NCBI GenBank assembly: GCA_963716945.1 | Contig: OY970322.1 | Span: 330,001-362,000 of the forward strand | DNA length: 32,000 nt | Direction: 5' to 3' | Source of the DNA: Candidatus Saccharimonadota bacterium | Lineage (GTDB): Bacteria > Patescibacteriota > Saccharimonadia > Saccharimonadales > UBA4665 | Shown here: one piece after another, positions 1 to 8,403 of the stretch | Position numbering within the stretch: the first letter of the stretch is position 1 | How the letters are laid out: every line of letters begins with the position of its first letter | The notes under the pieces: model-generated | Told to the model about the DNA's origin: nothing | The model's input: only the letters and a program-made list of their open reading frames with translations | The model's database searches: none | Translations under genes and position numbers: made by a program

Positions 1-9
1 GGCCGGCTG

Positions 10-1149
10 CTAGAAGGTCGGCGTACAGATATAAGTCAGGGTAGTGGTGTAGGTTCCGGCAGGCTGGCTACCAGGGACGTTAGCGATGTAGGATACGGTA
101 AATATCTGGGCGTCGGAGCCGCCAGGGCCGCCATTGGCGCTGTTAGCCACGCTGTCCGTGCTTGTGAACTTAAAGTTGTCGACGGCATTGTAGCCGGTAA
201 TAGCCTGGCCCCTGTAGTTAGTGCCGTTAGCCGCCGGTGCCACCTCGGTTCCGACCGCCGGTGTCGACGTGGCCGTGGTGTTGGCTTTCAGGTTGAGGCC
301 GAACTGGCTGGTACCGCGGATACCGGTAGTCGAAGTACCCATAGCGACGATGGTGTTGCTACCGGACGTCAGCGTCGGCCCGTTAACGGTTATGTTGTAG
401 CCCGAACCGGCGTTGGTCGAAGCCGCCATCTGCGAGGTGGCCGTCGCCGTATCGGTAGGCGAGAAGAGCTGGTTGAAGCTGACGGCGCCGCTGGTAGCCG
501 TCGAGCAGTCCGGCACGCCGCCGGTAGTCCCGACCGTGCCGCCGGCACAGAACACCAGGGACTCGGGCATGGTGCCGGTCAGCGTGATCTGAGAAGCCGT
601 GCTGGCAGCCACGTTGCCGGTGTCGGTCGCGCTGCCCGTGGTGTCGGTAGAAGCGAAAGTCGAGAGGCGCACATAGAAAGTCTGGTTCGCCGTAGTCGGG
701 TTGGTTACCCCCAGCAACTGGTAGCTAAGCGCCGTACCCGAAGAGATACTGGCTGCCGTACGGGTAATGTACGGAGCCCCGTTGGTGGTGTTGACAATAC
801 TGAAGCCGGTAGCGCCGCTTTGGGTACCCATGGTAGCCGACGTAGTAACCAGACCGGTCGGCGTAGTACAGGTTCCGGCCGCGGTGGTGCAATAAAGGAA
901 CTGAATCGAGCCGACATTACCGGTACTGCCGGTCGTGAAGTTGAACAAATGGTTAACGACGCCACCGGGCTGCGAACCGCCATCCGTAACGCCCGCCTCA
1001 AGGGTCAGGCTGCGGCTGGTAATCTGCGAGGCAGAGACGCTGGCCGGTATAGAGGAGAGAGTTCCTACTACTAGACCTGCCACAAATAGTACAGCTATGA
1101 GGAATGATAATTTAGATTTTTGGAACATTTTTGTTTTTAGTTTATCCAC
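10..1149 (-). CDS. Secreted Thr/Ser/Gly-rich beta-rich surface protein, large paralog (fimbrial/WxL-like terminal strand pattern)
   Basis: 379-aa ORF with an N-terminal signal peptide (KSKLSFLIAVLFVAGLVVGTLSSIPASVSA|SQ) and no other TM segment. Its C-terminal half aligns by eye with the next ORF (QFG[LI]NL.ANT ... [FY]T[VI]SYI.NV ... G.YT ... CT.T[FY]-stop). A TTGACA-18-TACGCT promoter-like sequence lies on the minus strand in 1150-1219. Confidence 0.6.
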   Translation of the reverse strand: MDKLKTKMFQKSKLSFLIAVLFVAGLVVGTLSSIPASVSASQITSRSLTLEAGVTDGGSQPGGVVNHLFNFTTGSTGNVGSIQFLYCTTAAGTCTTPTGLVTTSATMGTQSGATGFSIVNTTNGAPYITRTAASISSGTALSYQLLGVTNPTTANQTFYVRLSTFASTDTTGSATDTGNVAASTASQITLTGTMPESLVFCAGGTVGTTGGVPDCSTATSGAVSFNQLFSPTDTATATSQMAASTNAGSGYNITVNGPTLTSGSNTIVAMGTSTTGIRGTSQFGLNLKANTTATSTPAVGTEVAPAANGTNYRGQAITGYNAVDNFKFTSTDSVANSANGGPGGSDAQIFTVSYIANVPGSQPAGTYTTTLTYICTPTF

Positions 1150-1219
1150 GAAGAGCGTAACAGAAATTTCAGCCTCTTGTCAAGGCATATTTACGCAAGC
1201 GCTATGGTCTGTGGAAAAG

Positions 1220-1942
1220 TTAATAAGTACCGGTACACAATATCGTCTGGCCGCCGGTATAGTTACCGCCCGGCGTCAGGCTGCTGACGTTGACTATATA
1301 ACTTATGGTGTAGGTGGTCTGGCCGGAGCTTTTGGGGGCCGTAGCGATGGTGTCGCCGCTGTTGAACTGGTAGCTATTGGAGGTGTTGTAGCCAGCGGCC
1401 GCCGAGCCCGTGCCGAACTGGCCGTGGTCGGGGTTAAAGCCCAGCGAAGTCGGCAGCGTATTGGCTACCAGGTTGATGCCGAACTGTTCGACACCTGTCT
1501 GGGAGGGCGCGGCCGAGGCAATGCCGGAGATAACGTGCGCCCCGTTCGTCGGCGGGTTGCCAAAAATCTGGACGACGTAGCCGTAGCTGGTATAGTCGAG
1601 CACCTGGAAGCTCGAGGTCGCGGTCGCCGTGGTGCTTGGCGAGAAGTCGCCGAAGCTGACATTGGAAGAGTTAACGGCGAAGGCCAGCGCCGGGTCGCTG
1701 GTGGTGGTGTTGCCGGCATTGATCTGGAAGCTGGCCGAAGCCGAGTTCCCAATACCCAGGATGCCGGCCGAAGTCGAGGCTTGGTAGTCGGGCGACTGGG
1801 TATCGAGGATACTGTTGCCGCCGAGGGCGCTTTCTTCGAACTGGTAGTTGGTCGACTTAAGGGTATCGGCAAAAGCGGCCGACGCGGTGACCGCGACGGT
1901 GCAGACCACGACCACGGACAAACATAACCTCGGCTTCACCAT
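1220..1942 (-). CDS. Secreted beta-rich surface protein, small paralog of 10..1149
   Basis: The track ORF runs to 2038. I trimmed it to the ATG at 1942, which gives a signal peptide (MVKPRLCLSVVVVCTVAVTASAAFA|DT). It shares motifs with the C-terminal half of the upstream paralog (VSFGDFSP.TTATATS, QFGINLVANT, YTISYIVNV..PGGNYTGGQTILCTGTY). Confidence 0.6.
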   Translation of the reverse strand: MVKPRLCLSVVVVCTVAVTASAAFADTLKSTNYQFEESALGGNSILDTQSPDYQASTSAGILGIGNSASASFQINAGNTTTSDPALAFAVNSSNVSFGDFSPSTTATATSSFQVLDYTSYGYVVQIFGNPPTNGAHVISGIASAAPSQTGVEQFGINLVANTLPTSLGFNPDHGQFGTGSAAAGYNTSNSYQFNSGDTIATAPKSSGQTTYTISYIVNVSSLTPGGNYTGGQTILCTGTY

Positions 1943-2084
1943 ATCTTTATATTGTTGCTGAACCGGGGGTATTTTGCAAACCGCTAACACTTGGTCATGG
2001 TACTCGCCGGCCGGCGGCTTCAGCCGATTTCCCGACATTAAGCCTAAGCGTTATAATGTCAGGTTGAGAGTTGAGGAAAATTTG

Positions 2085-3146
2085 ATGGACAATGCGCCAT
2101 TACAAGAGCCAAAAAGCCAAACAGCGGAAAACCCGGAACCCGAAGCCCTGAAACCAAGGGTGGACGAGGCCGCGCCGTCGCAGAGCGGGACGGCACCGGT
2201 TACCCGTGTGCCCGCCGCGCCGGCCACCGGCAAACGGCCCAAGCACCGTAATTACCGGCCGAGCCACAAAGCTACCTTCATCGGGGCGGCCGTCGTTATA
2301 GTTATCCTGGTCATCAACGCTGGCATCCTGGCTTTCGTGCTCAAGAACCAAACCAAAACCATCGAAGTCGGCGCCAACGGCGACGTCACCGTCAGTCCCA
2401 GCGTCCTCAAGAAGCTGGGCGTTAACAGTTCGACGCTCGGCAGTCCCGGCGTTCAGCTGGTAGTCGACCCCGACGCCCAGTTCAAGGGCAAGGTATCGAT
2501 TGCCGGCAACCTGGCTGCCAGCGGCCAAGTCCAGGTCAACGGCAAAATTACCGGCAGCGACGCCAGTCTGACCCAGTTGGAGGCCGGCAACACCGCCTTG
2601 TCGCAATTAAACGTTAACGGCAATAGCACCCTATCCGGCCTGAATCTGCGCAGCAACCTGGTCGTGACGGGGACGACCCAGCTCCAGGGCGCGGTTAATA
2701 TCAGCCAGTTATTGACGGTTGATAACAGTTTGAACGTGGTTGGCAACGTGGCTATCGGCGGCACTCTGTCGACAAGGACATTCAGCGCCAACAGCTTAAC
2801 CTCGACCAGTACGCTAACGATTGGCGGCCATGTCGTTACCGGCGGCTCGGCCCCCTCTGTCGGGCCCGGGGGCGGAGCTCTCGGCTCCAATGGCACGGTA
2901 TCGATTAGCGGTGACGACAGCGCCGGCGTAATTGACATTAATATCGGTACCGGCGCCGGCGCGGGCACGCTCGTTAACGTGGCCTTTCGCACCCAGTACG
3001 GCAGCACTCCCCGCGTGGTTATTAGCCCGGTTGGGGTGCCGGGGGAATTTTATGTGCTAAATCTCACCAGCAGCGGTTTTAGCGTGGGGGTTGGCGGCAG
3101 CCTGCCGCCCGGCGGCTACGCTATCAATTACATCGTTGAACAATAG
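2085..3146 (+). CDS. Membrane-anchored beta-helix-like repeat protein (type II orientation) with a C-terminal globular domain
   Basis: Start trimmed to the ATG at 2085, with GAGGA 8 nt upstream and TATAAT at 2052-2057. A Pro/Ala/Glu-rich N-terminal region precedes one TM helix (ATFIGAAVVIVILVINAGILAFVL). Roughly 20-residue repeats of the form x-L-x-V-x-G-N follow (e.g. VSIAGNLAASGQVQVNGKITG, LNVNGNSTLSGLNLRSNLVVTG). The gene is divergent from the two secreted paralogs. Confidence 0.55.
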   Translation: MDNAPLQEPKSQTAENPEPEALKPRVDEAAPSQSGTAPVTRVPAAPATGKRPKHRNYRPSHKATFIGAAVVIVILVINAGILAFVLKNQTKTIEVGANGDVTVSPSVLKKLGVNSSTLGSPGVQLVVDPDAQFKGKVSIAGNLAASGQVQVNGKITGSDASLTQLEAGNTALSQLNVNGNSTLSGLNLRSNLVVTGTTQLQGAVNISQLLTVDNSLNVVGNVAIGGTLSTRTFSANSLTSTSTLTIGGHVVTGGSAPSVGPGGGALGSNGTVSISGDDSAGVIDINIGTGAGAGTLVNVAFRTQYGSTPRVVISPVGVPGEFYVLNLTSSGFSVGVGGSLPPGGYAINYIVEQ

Positions 3147-3181
3147 CCGTTGCCGCGCCTTTTGACGAACCGGCAGCCGCC

Positions 3182-3445
3182 TTACATATTGACGAACAGC
3201 ATGACCTCGTCGTCGCGGACGCCGATAATCCCGTTGCTGATATTGAAATTAATCGTGTCCGAATCGGTTTCGATAACTACTTCGCCCGGACTCATGACCG
3301 AGAAGAAATCGGCGTGCCCGGGCAGTACGTCGAAGGGTCCGACCCGGTTAATACCCGACACCAGCCGGGCCGGGCCTTCATAATATATATGAAAGGGCGC
3401 GCGGGCGATGACGGTCAGCTGCTCCGGTTCGGCTTTGTGTTTCAT
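3182..3445 (-). CDS. atpC: F1 ATP synthase epsilon subunit, beta-sandwich domain only
   Basis: 87 aa. It sits last in the atp operon and its ATG overlaps the atpD stop (ATGA at 3442-3445). Sequence resembles the epsilon N-terminal domain (FHIYYEG.., GPFDVLPGHADF). It is too short to contain the C-terminal helical hairpin. Confidence 0.75.
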   Translation of the reverse strand: MKHKAEPEQLTVIARAPFHIYYEGPARLVSGINRVGPFDVLPGHADFFSVMSPGEVVIETDSDTINFNISNGIIGVRDDEVMLFVNM

Positions 3446-4893
3446 GGCTGTTTGTCGGTTGGCGGCGGCGCGGCGGCGGCCGGGGTTTCAGGCGCCGGCG
3501 CCGGGGCCGCGTCGTCCGGCAGCGGTTCGGTCGGGTCTTTGGGCGGCGCGCCTTCGGTCGGGGTCTTATCGCCCAGGATTTCCTCGATGCCGTCGAGCGT
3601 CTGGTCATGGGTGAAGTACTGGCCCGGCTTGCCGGTCAGGTGTTCGGCGACCGCGAAATCCTGCGAGAAGAACTCGATCAGCTTCTTGGCGCTCTGGTAG
3701 TCGCTGCGGTCGGCCGGCGACAGTTCGTTTTCGCCGACGATGGCGATGATGTTCTTCAAAGACTCGTATTTCTGCATGATGGCTTGGACGCGGCCGGCCA
3801 GCCGGTAGTGGCGTTCGCCGACGATTTGCGGGGTTAGCAGGGAAGAAGTGGTTTTTAGTAAATCTACTGCCGGGCGGATACCGTTTTCGGCGACCGAACG
3901 GGATAGCACCAGAACCGAGTCAAGCTGCTGCTGGATTGCCTGGACGGCCGGGTCGCTCAAGTCGTCGGCCGGGATATAGACGGCTTGCACCGAAGTTATC
4001 GAACCTTTGTCGGTCGAGCTTAAACGGTCTTCCAGGCGGCGCAATTCGGAGAATACCGTCGGCGAGTAGCCGCCTTCGGACGGAATCAGGCCGAGGTTGG
4101 TCGACAGTTCGGTCAACGCCTGGATATGGCGGTAAATATTGTCGACGAAGAACAGGATGTCGCGGCCTTCCTCGTCGCGGAAATATTCGGCCGACGTGGC
4201 CGCCGCCGGCCCGACCATCGACCTTATAGCCGGCGTGGCGTCCATCTGGCCGAAGAACATGACGGTGTTCTTGAGGACTTCGGTCTCCTTAAGCGTCTCG
4301 TAGAGTTCGTTGCCTTCGCGGATACGCTCACCGACACCGCAGTAAATCGACAGGCTTTTCTTGTTGCGCGTGACGTTGTGGATCATTTCCATCGTCAGCA
4401 CCGTCTTGCCGACGCCGGCGCCGCCGACGATGCCGATTTTGCGGCCTTTGACGAAAGGCGTCAGGAAGTCGATGACCTTGAGGCCGGTTTCCAGCAGTTC
4501 GAGCTTCTCGCCGGAGCGGTAACTCTTGGTGCCGGTGGCCTCGCTGATGACCCGCCGGTTTTCCTGGATTAATTCGCCGTTATCCAGCGGTTCGCCGAGG
4601 GCGTTAAAGACCCGTCCGAGCGTCGCCGGTCCGACCGGCACGCTGACTTTGTTGCCGGTCCGCCGGACGGTCTGGCCGCAGCGCAGCACCTGGCTGTTGG
4701 TCAGGTTGACGCAAACGGCCACGCTGGCTTTGAAGAAACTGACTTCCAGGAAAACCTCGGGGTGGTCGTCGACCGTCAACAGCTCTTTTTCTTCGGGCCG
4801 GCTGCCGGCGACTTCGACTTCGACCATCAGGCCGCGCAGGGACTTAATGAGCCCGACTTTGGCTTGGTCGTCTTTGGGGGCGGCGGTTTTCAT
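3442..4893 (-). CDS. atpD: F1 ATP synthase beta subunit with a ~45-aa Pro/Ala-rich C-terminal tail
   Basis: Walker A motif GGAGVGKTVL and typical beta motifs (FFGQMDATPAIR, SVQAVYIPADDLSDPA). The tail reads GDKTPTEGAPPKDPTEPLPDDAAPAPAPETPAAAAPPPTDKQP. Confidence 0.95.
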   Translation of the reverse strand: MKTAAPKDDQAKVGLIKSLRGLMVEVEVAGSRPEEKELLTVDDHPEVFLEVSFFKASVAVCVNLTNSQVLRCGQTVRRTGNKVSVPVGPATLGRVFNALGEPLDNGELIQENRRVISEATGTKSYRSGEKLELLETGLKVIDFLTPFVKGRKIGIVGGAGVGKTVLTMEMIHNVTRNKKSLSIYCGVGERIREGNELYETLKETEVLKNTVMFFGQMDATPAIRSMVGPAAATSAEYFRDEEGRDILFFVDNIYRHIQALTELSTNLGLIPSEGGYSPTVFSELRRLEDRLSSTDKGSITSVQAVYIPADDLSDPAVQAIQQQLDSVLVLSRSVAENGIRPAVDLLKTTSSLLTPQIVGERHYRLAGRVQAIMQKYESLKNIIAIVGENELSPADRSDYQSAKKLIEFFSQDFAVAEHLTGKPGQYFTHDQTLDGIEEILGDKTPTEGAPPKDPTEPLPDDAAPAPAPETPAAAAPPPTDKQP

Positions 4894-5765
4894 GGGCGGC
4901 CCGCCGATTTCTTGCGTTTCTTCTTCTTGAGGCTGATCATGACCTCGCGCAGGCGGCGGTCACTTTCGGAACGCTTGGAACGGTGGAATTCCAGCTGGTA
5001 GTAAACCAGCAGTTCCCAGGCCCGTTTCTTGGCGACGGCCATGGCGTTGAAGCGGCTGGCGTCCTGGGCGAGGCTGGATTCCAGAATGGCTTGGCTGAAG
5101 GCCAGCGTCATCATCGTCATTTCCATCTGGTCGGCAATCTCGTCGAGCGACGGTTCAAAGATGGTGTCCTTGTCGGTGATGATGTCTTCGTCGTCATCGG
5201 TCTCGGCACCCTCGCTCATGGCCCGCATCGTCGACATCAGGTCAATCGTCTTGATACCTTGGACGCCGAGTGAGACGTACTCCTCGTAATAGACGGTGAC
5301 TTTGGCGTAGGGCGCGATGGCCTCAATGACCGGGCTGACATCGATGTAACTGTCGCTTTCCGGCACCTGGAAATAGCGGATGAAAGGGATGCCACGCTGC
5401 TCGAGCTGGTTGGCGCCGTGGCTGCCGAGCACGATGATGTCGGTCGTGTCGGGGTTGTAGGCCGGCAGCATGGTCTCAATCAGTCGTTGGTCGATATCAC
5501 CGCTCAAGCCGGCTTCGGCGGAAATGATTACGAAGACTTCGCGGCCGCCCTCTTTGGCCTGGCGCCGGTTGGTAATCCGCGAGTTAGGGTCGACCCGGAT
5601 CGAGCTGTAGCGTTTCCAGAGCAGTTCGAAGAACTCCTTGGACAGCTCGACTTTGTTCTTGATCTTGGCCACCTGGGTGCTGGCGATACTCTCGAAGACG
5701 CCGGTCAGGTCCTCGACCGTGGTGATCTGCTCGGTCTCTTTCTGGATGGCGCTAGCTCTGCGCAT
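4890..5765 (-). CDS. atpG: F1 ATP synthase gamma subunit
   Basis: Lies between atpA and atpD with overlapping junctions. N- and C-terminal helices are gamma-like (IASTQVAKIKN ..., ASRFNAMAVAKKRA). It has an unusual Lys-rich tail (SLKKKKRKKSAGRP). Confidence 0.85.
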   Translation of the reverse strand: MRRASAIQKETEQITTVEDLTGVFESIASTQVAKIKNKVELSKEFFELLWKRYSSIRVDPNSRITNRRQAKEGGREVFVIISAEAGLSGDIDQRLIETMLPAYNPDTTDIIVLGSHGANQLEQRGIPFIRYFQVPESDSYIDVSPVIEAIAPYAKVTVYYEEYVSLGVQGIKTIDLMSTMRAMSEGAETDDDEDIITDKDTIFEPSLDEIADQMEMTMMTLAFSQAILESSLAQDASRFNAMAVAKKRAWELLVYYQLEFHRSKRSESDRRLREVMISLKKKKRKKSAGRP

Positions 5766-7299
5766 GGGCTTTGTCCTCGGTTTTGGCTTCGGCCGGTTGG
5801 GGCTCGGGCTGCGGTTGTCCAGGCTGGCCGCCGGCCGCTGCCGTGTCTGCCGGCTGGCCGGCTGCCGGTTGGACCGGCGGGCTAACCGGCTTGGAATGCT
5901 TCTTCAGCAGTTCGGCTTCCAGGCGGTCAAAGTCCTTTTCGTCTTTGACTTCGGAACTGACCTCCTTAGCCGATTGCTTGAGGGCGGAGACGTCGATCTC
6001 GGCCGCGCCTTCGCCCAGCAGGATGGTCTCCAGGATCAGCTGCTGCTCGACCAGCGAATGCCGTTCTTCCGGCGGCTGTTTCAGCGCTTCGTAGATCTGT
6101 TTGCCGATCAGCAGGTCGATGCCGGCGTCTTTGGACAGGCTGGAGCCGAAGTGGGAGAACTCCTCGGCCTGGTGGTATTTGGCCAGCTTTTTGAACAGGT
6201 TGCCGGACAGGCGTTTCTGGCGGACGGTCTGGGCTTGGCCGCCGACGCGCGAAACCGACAGTCCGGCGTTGACGGCCGGCCGCACGCCCTGGCGGAAAAC
6301 GCCCAGGTCGAAGATAATCTGACCGTCGGTAATCGACATGATACTGGTCGACAGGTAAGCCGTGATGTCGTCGTTAGGCGTGATGACGACCGGCAGGGCG
6401 GTCAGTGTCTTGTTGGTATCCAGCAGCTTGCCGGCCCGTTCCAGTAGCGATGAGTGGGCGTAAAACATGTCGCCCGGGTACGAATCGCGGCCGGGATCGA
6501 CTTCCTGCAGCAGCGACAACTGGCGGTAAGCCTCGGCATGGCTGCTCAAATCGTCGTAAATGATAACCACGTCCTGGCCGCCGTACCAGAGGTTCTCGGC
6601 CATGGCGCAGGCCGCGTAGGGCGCCAGGTACGACTGCGTCAAGGCGTCGAAAATGTCGGCCAAAACGACGATCGTGTGGTCCATCGCCCCGGACGCCCGC
6701 AGCCCGGCCAGCAGGATTTCGATGTCGACCTTGCGCTTGCCGATCAGGACGTAGACCACGATCCGGTCGGTGCCGGCCTGGTTGGCGCTGAGCTGGCTTA
6801 GGAACGTGCTTTTACCGGATTTGCTGTCGCCCAGGATGGCGATGCGCTGGCCCAGGACGACCGGGAAGAACATGTCGACGGCCGACACGCCGCTGGCCAG
6901 CTGCTCGTTCAGCATGCTGCGGGCCATGATGCCGGGCGCGGCGTTGAAAATACCGGACACTTCCTGGGTCCGGATGGCGCCTTTGCCGTCCAACGGCACC
7001 CCCATCGGCGAAACGACGCGGCCGACCAGGCCTTTGCCGACCGGTACGCTCAAGACGTCGTTTTCGACGACCGCCAGCGTGCCGGGCTCCATTTTCTCCG
7101 AATCGATATTGAATAAAATCACTTGGTCGCCGTAAGCTTCGCGGACCAGCCCGCGCTGGCCGTCTTCGAAGAGTACTTGGGCGCCAAGCGTAACCCCTTC
7201 CAGGCCTTTGACCTCGACGATGAAACTGTTAGATGCTACGACTTCGCCGGTCAGGTGGTCGGCTTCGACCAGTTTTTGAAAGGCCTGGTTATCAAACAT
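5752..7299 (-). CDS. atpA: F1 ATP synthase alpha subunit with a ~50-aa Pro/Gln/Ala-rich C-terminal tail
   Basis: Start trimmed from 7368 to the ATG at 7299, which has GGAGGT upstream and overlaps the atpH stop. Walker A motif GDSKSGKST and typical alpha motifs (VYVLIGKR, DDLSSHAEAYRQLSLL). The tail reads KPVSPPVQPAAGQPADTAAAGGQPGQPQPEPQPAEAKTEDKAHAQS. Confidence 0.95.
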   Translation of the reverse strand: MFDNQAFQKLVEADHLTGEVVASNSFIVEVKGLEGVTLGAQVLFEDGQRGLVREAYGDQVILFNIDSEKMEPGTLAVVENDVLSVPVGKGLVGRVVSPMGVPLDGKGAIRTQEVSGIFNAAPGIMARSMLNEQLASGVSAVDMFFPVVLGQRIAILGDSKSGKSTFLSQLSANQAGTDRIVVYVLIGKRKVDIEILLAGLRASGAMDHTIVVLADIFDALTQSYLAPYAACAMAENLWYGGQDVVIIYDDLSSHAEAYRQLSLLQEVDPGRDSYPGDMFYAHSSLLERAGKLLDTNKTLTALPVVITPNDDITAYLSTSIMSITDGQIIFDLGVFRQGVRPAVNAGLSVSRVGGQAQTVRQKRLSGNLFKKLAKYHQAEEFSHFGSSLSKDAGIDLLIGKQIYEALKQPPEERHSLVEQQLILETILLGEGAAEIDVSALKQSAKEVSSEVKDEKDFDRLEAELLKKHSKPVSPPVQPAAGQPADTAAAGGQPGQPQPEPQPAEAKTEDKAHAQS

Positions 7300-7795
7300 G
7301 GCGCAATACCTCCGGGAACTTGCCGCGGGCCGCCAGGATTTGGCGCCGGAACGACCAGTCGAAAACATGGCTGCCGTAGGCCACGACCATGCCGCCGAGC
7401 AGGGTAGAGTTGAAGCGGAAAGTCACCAGGATGTCCGGCGCGACATGCTGCCGGCACCAGGCGACGAGCGTTTTTTTGAGGCTGGCCGGAGGCGGGGCGG
7501 CCAGGGTGATTGTCATGTGCGGCGCTTTGGCCTCGAAGGCTTCCAGGGCGTCAATCAGGCCGTCCAAAGCCGGCTGGGTCAACGGCTTGCCGCCGGCCAG
7601 GCCCTGGATTAAGGCCACGGCCCCGGCCGATACCGCCGGCGGTTCGGCGATCTTGCCGCCGCCGACCTGCTTCTTGACGCTAGCGTGGGCGAACCAGCGG
7701 GCGTACTGGCGTATCTCGAGCACGATGGCCTTGATGTCCTGGGGCGAAGAGACGTTATCGGGCAGCTTCAGGTTCATCGCCCGCCTCCTTTTCAT
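7292..7795 (-). CDS. atpH: F1Fo ATP synthase delta (OSCP) subunit
   Basis: Lies between the b-like gene and atpA. The C-terminus is delta-like (FRFNSTLLGGMVVAYGSHVFDWSFRRQI). Two candidate starts, 7795 and 7777, each have AAGGAGG 6 nt upstream, so the true start is ambiguous. Confidence 0.75.
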   Translation of the reverse strand: MKRRRAMNLKLPDNVSSPQDIKAIVLEIRQYARWFAHASVKKQVGGGKIAEPPAVSAGAVALIQGLAGGKPLTQPALDGLIDALEAFEAKAPHMTITLAAPPPASLKKTLVAWCRQHVAPDILVTFRFNSTLLGGMVVAYGSHVFDWSFRRQILAARGKFPEVLRHV

Positions 7796-8402
7796 TACCT
7801 ACCTCCTTGATGAAGTCGCCTTTGTGTTCTTCCAGCATGGCCGTCAGGTAAGCGCTTTGGCTGCCCAGGTCGATGTTATGCTGCAAGGTGTCAATCAGGA
7901 AAGACCCGACGGCGTCGGCCAGTTTGGTATCGATCTGCTGGACCAGCCATTGCTTCTCGGCCTTTAGCTCTTCGGCCAGCTTGGCCTCGGTTTCGGCCTG
8001 GTGCTTGGCGACTTCGGCCCGGATGCCGCCCATGCCGTCTTCGGCCTGTTTGCGCAGCTGGTCGAGTTGTTTGCGGTAATTTTCGAGTTCGTCGCCGACG
8101 ATTTCGTTCGCCAGGTGGCCGACGTTTTTGTTGATCTGGGCGGCCGTGGCCTCCAGCTCGCGCTGCAATTGGGCGGCCGAGTGGTCGAGCACGGCCTGGA
8201 AGTGGGCCTGGGAGGTTTGCATCAGCCGTTCTTTAACGGCCGGCGGCAAGTGGTCGCCCGCCGCTTGGGCGTGGGGCTTGTCCGGTTCCGGGGGCGGCGG
8301 CCGGAAGTGGGCATAGGCGTGCCGCACGGCTATCGAAGCTACGACACCGGCGAAGAACACGTCGACCAGGAGGAATAGTTGCAGGATGGCAATGGCTGTC
8401 AT
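7755..8402 (-). CDS. atpF: Fo ATP synthase b-like stator subunit (one TM helix plus long coiled coil)
   Basis: N-terminal TM helix (AIAILQLFLLVDVFFAGVVASIAV), then a Pro-rich linker (FRPPPPEPDKPH), then a charged helical region. It occupies the atpF position upstream of atpH. Assignment rests on architecture and synteny, not strong sequence identity. Confidence 0.55.
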   Translation of the reverse strand: MTAIAILQLFLLVDVFFAGVVASIAVRHAYAHFRPPPPEPDKPHAQAAGDHLPPAVKERLMQTSQAHFQAVLDHSAAQLQRELEATAAQINKNVGHLANEIVGDELENYRKQLDQLRKQAEDGMGGIRAEVAKHQAETEAKLAEELKAEKQWLVQQIDTKLADAVGSFLIDTLQHNIDLGSQSAYLTAMLEEHKGDFIKEVGNEKEAGDEPEAAR

Positions 8403-8403
8403 A

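Noticed and set aside
935-1927. 330-aa plus-strand ORF spanning the two secreted-protein genes, with similar long antisense or off-frame ORFs at 5638..6447, 8399..9181, 12237..13022, 14736..15983, 18341..20155 and 30572..31432
   Set aside because: Each lies opposite or out of frame to a gene with clear homology or architecture. Their products are Arg/Gly/Ala/Pro/Val-rich with no motifs, which is the usual look of shadow ORFs in GC-rich DNA where stop codons are rare.
7300-7368. N-terminal extensions in the ORF track: atpA to 7368, nrdR to 17469, folP from 23476, ORF 1220..2038, ORF 1974..3146 and ORF from 28545
   Set aside because: Internal starts restore canonical N-termini or signal peptides and have SD or promoter support. 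The extensions overlap upstream genes or regulatory hairpins.
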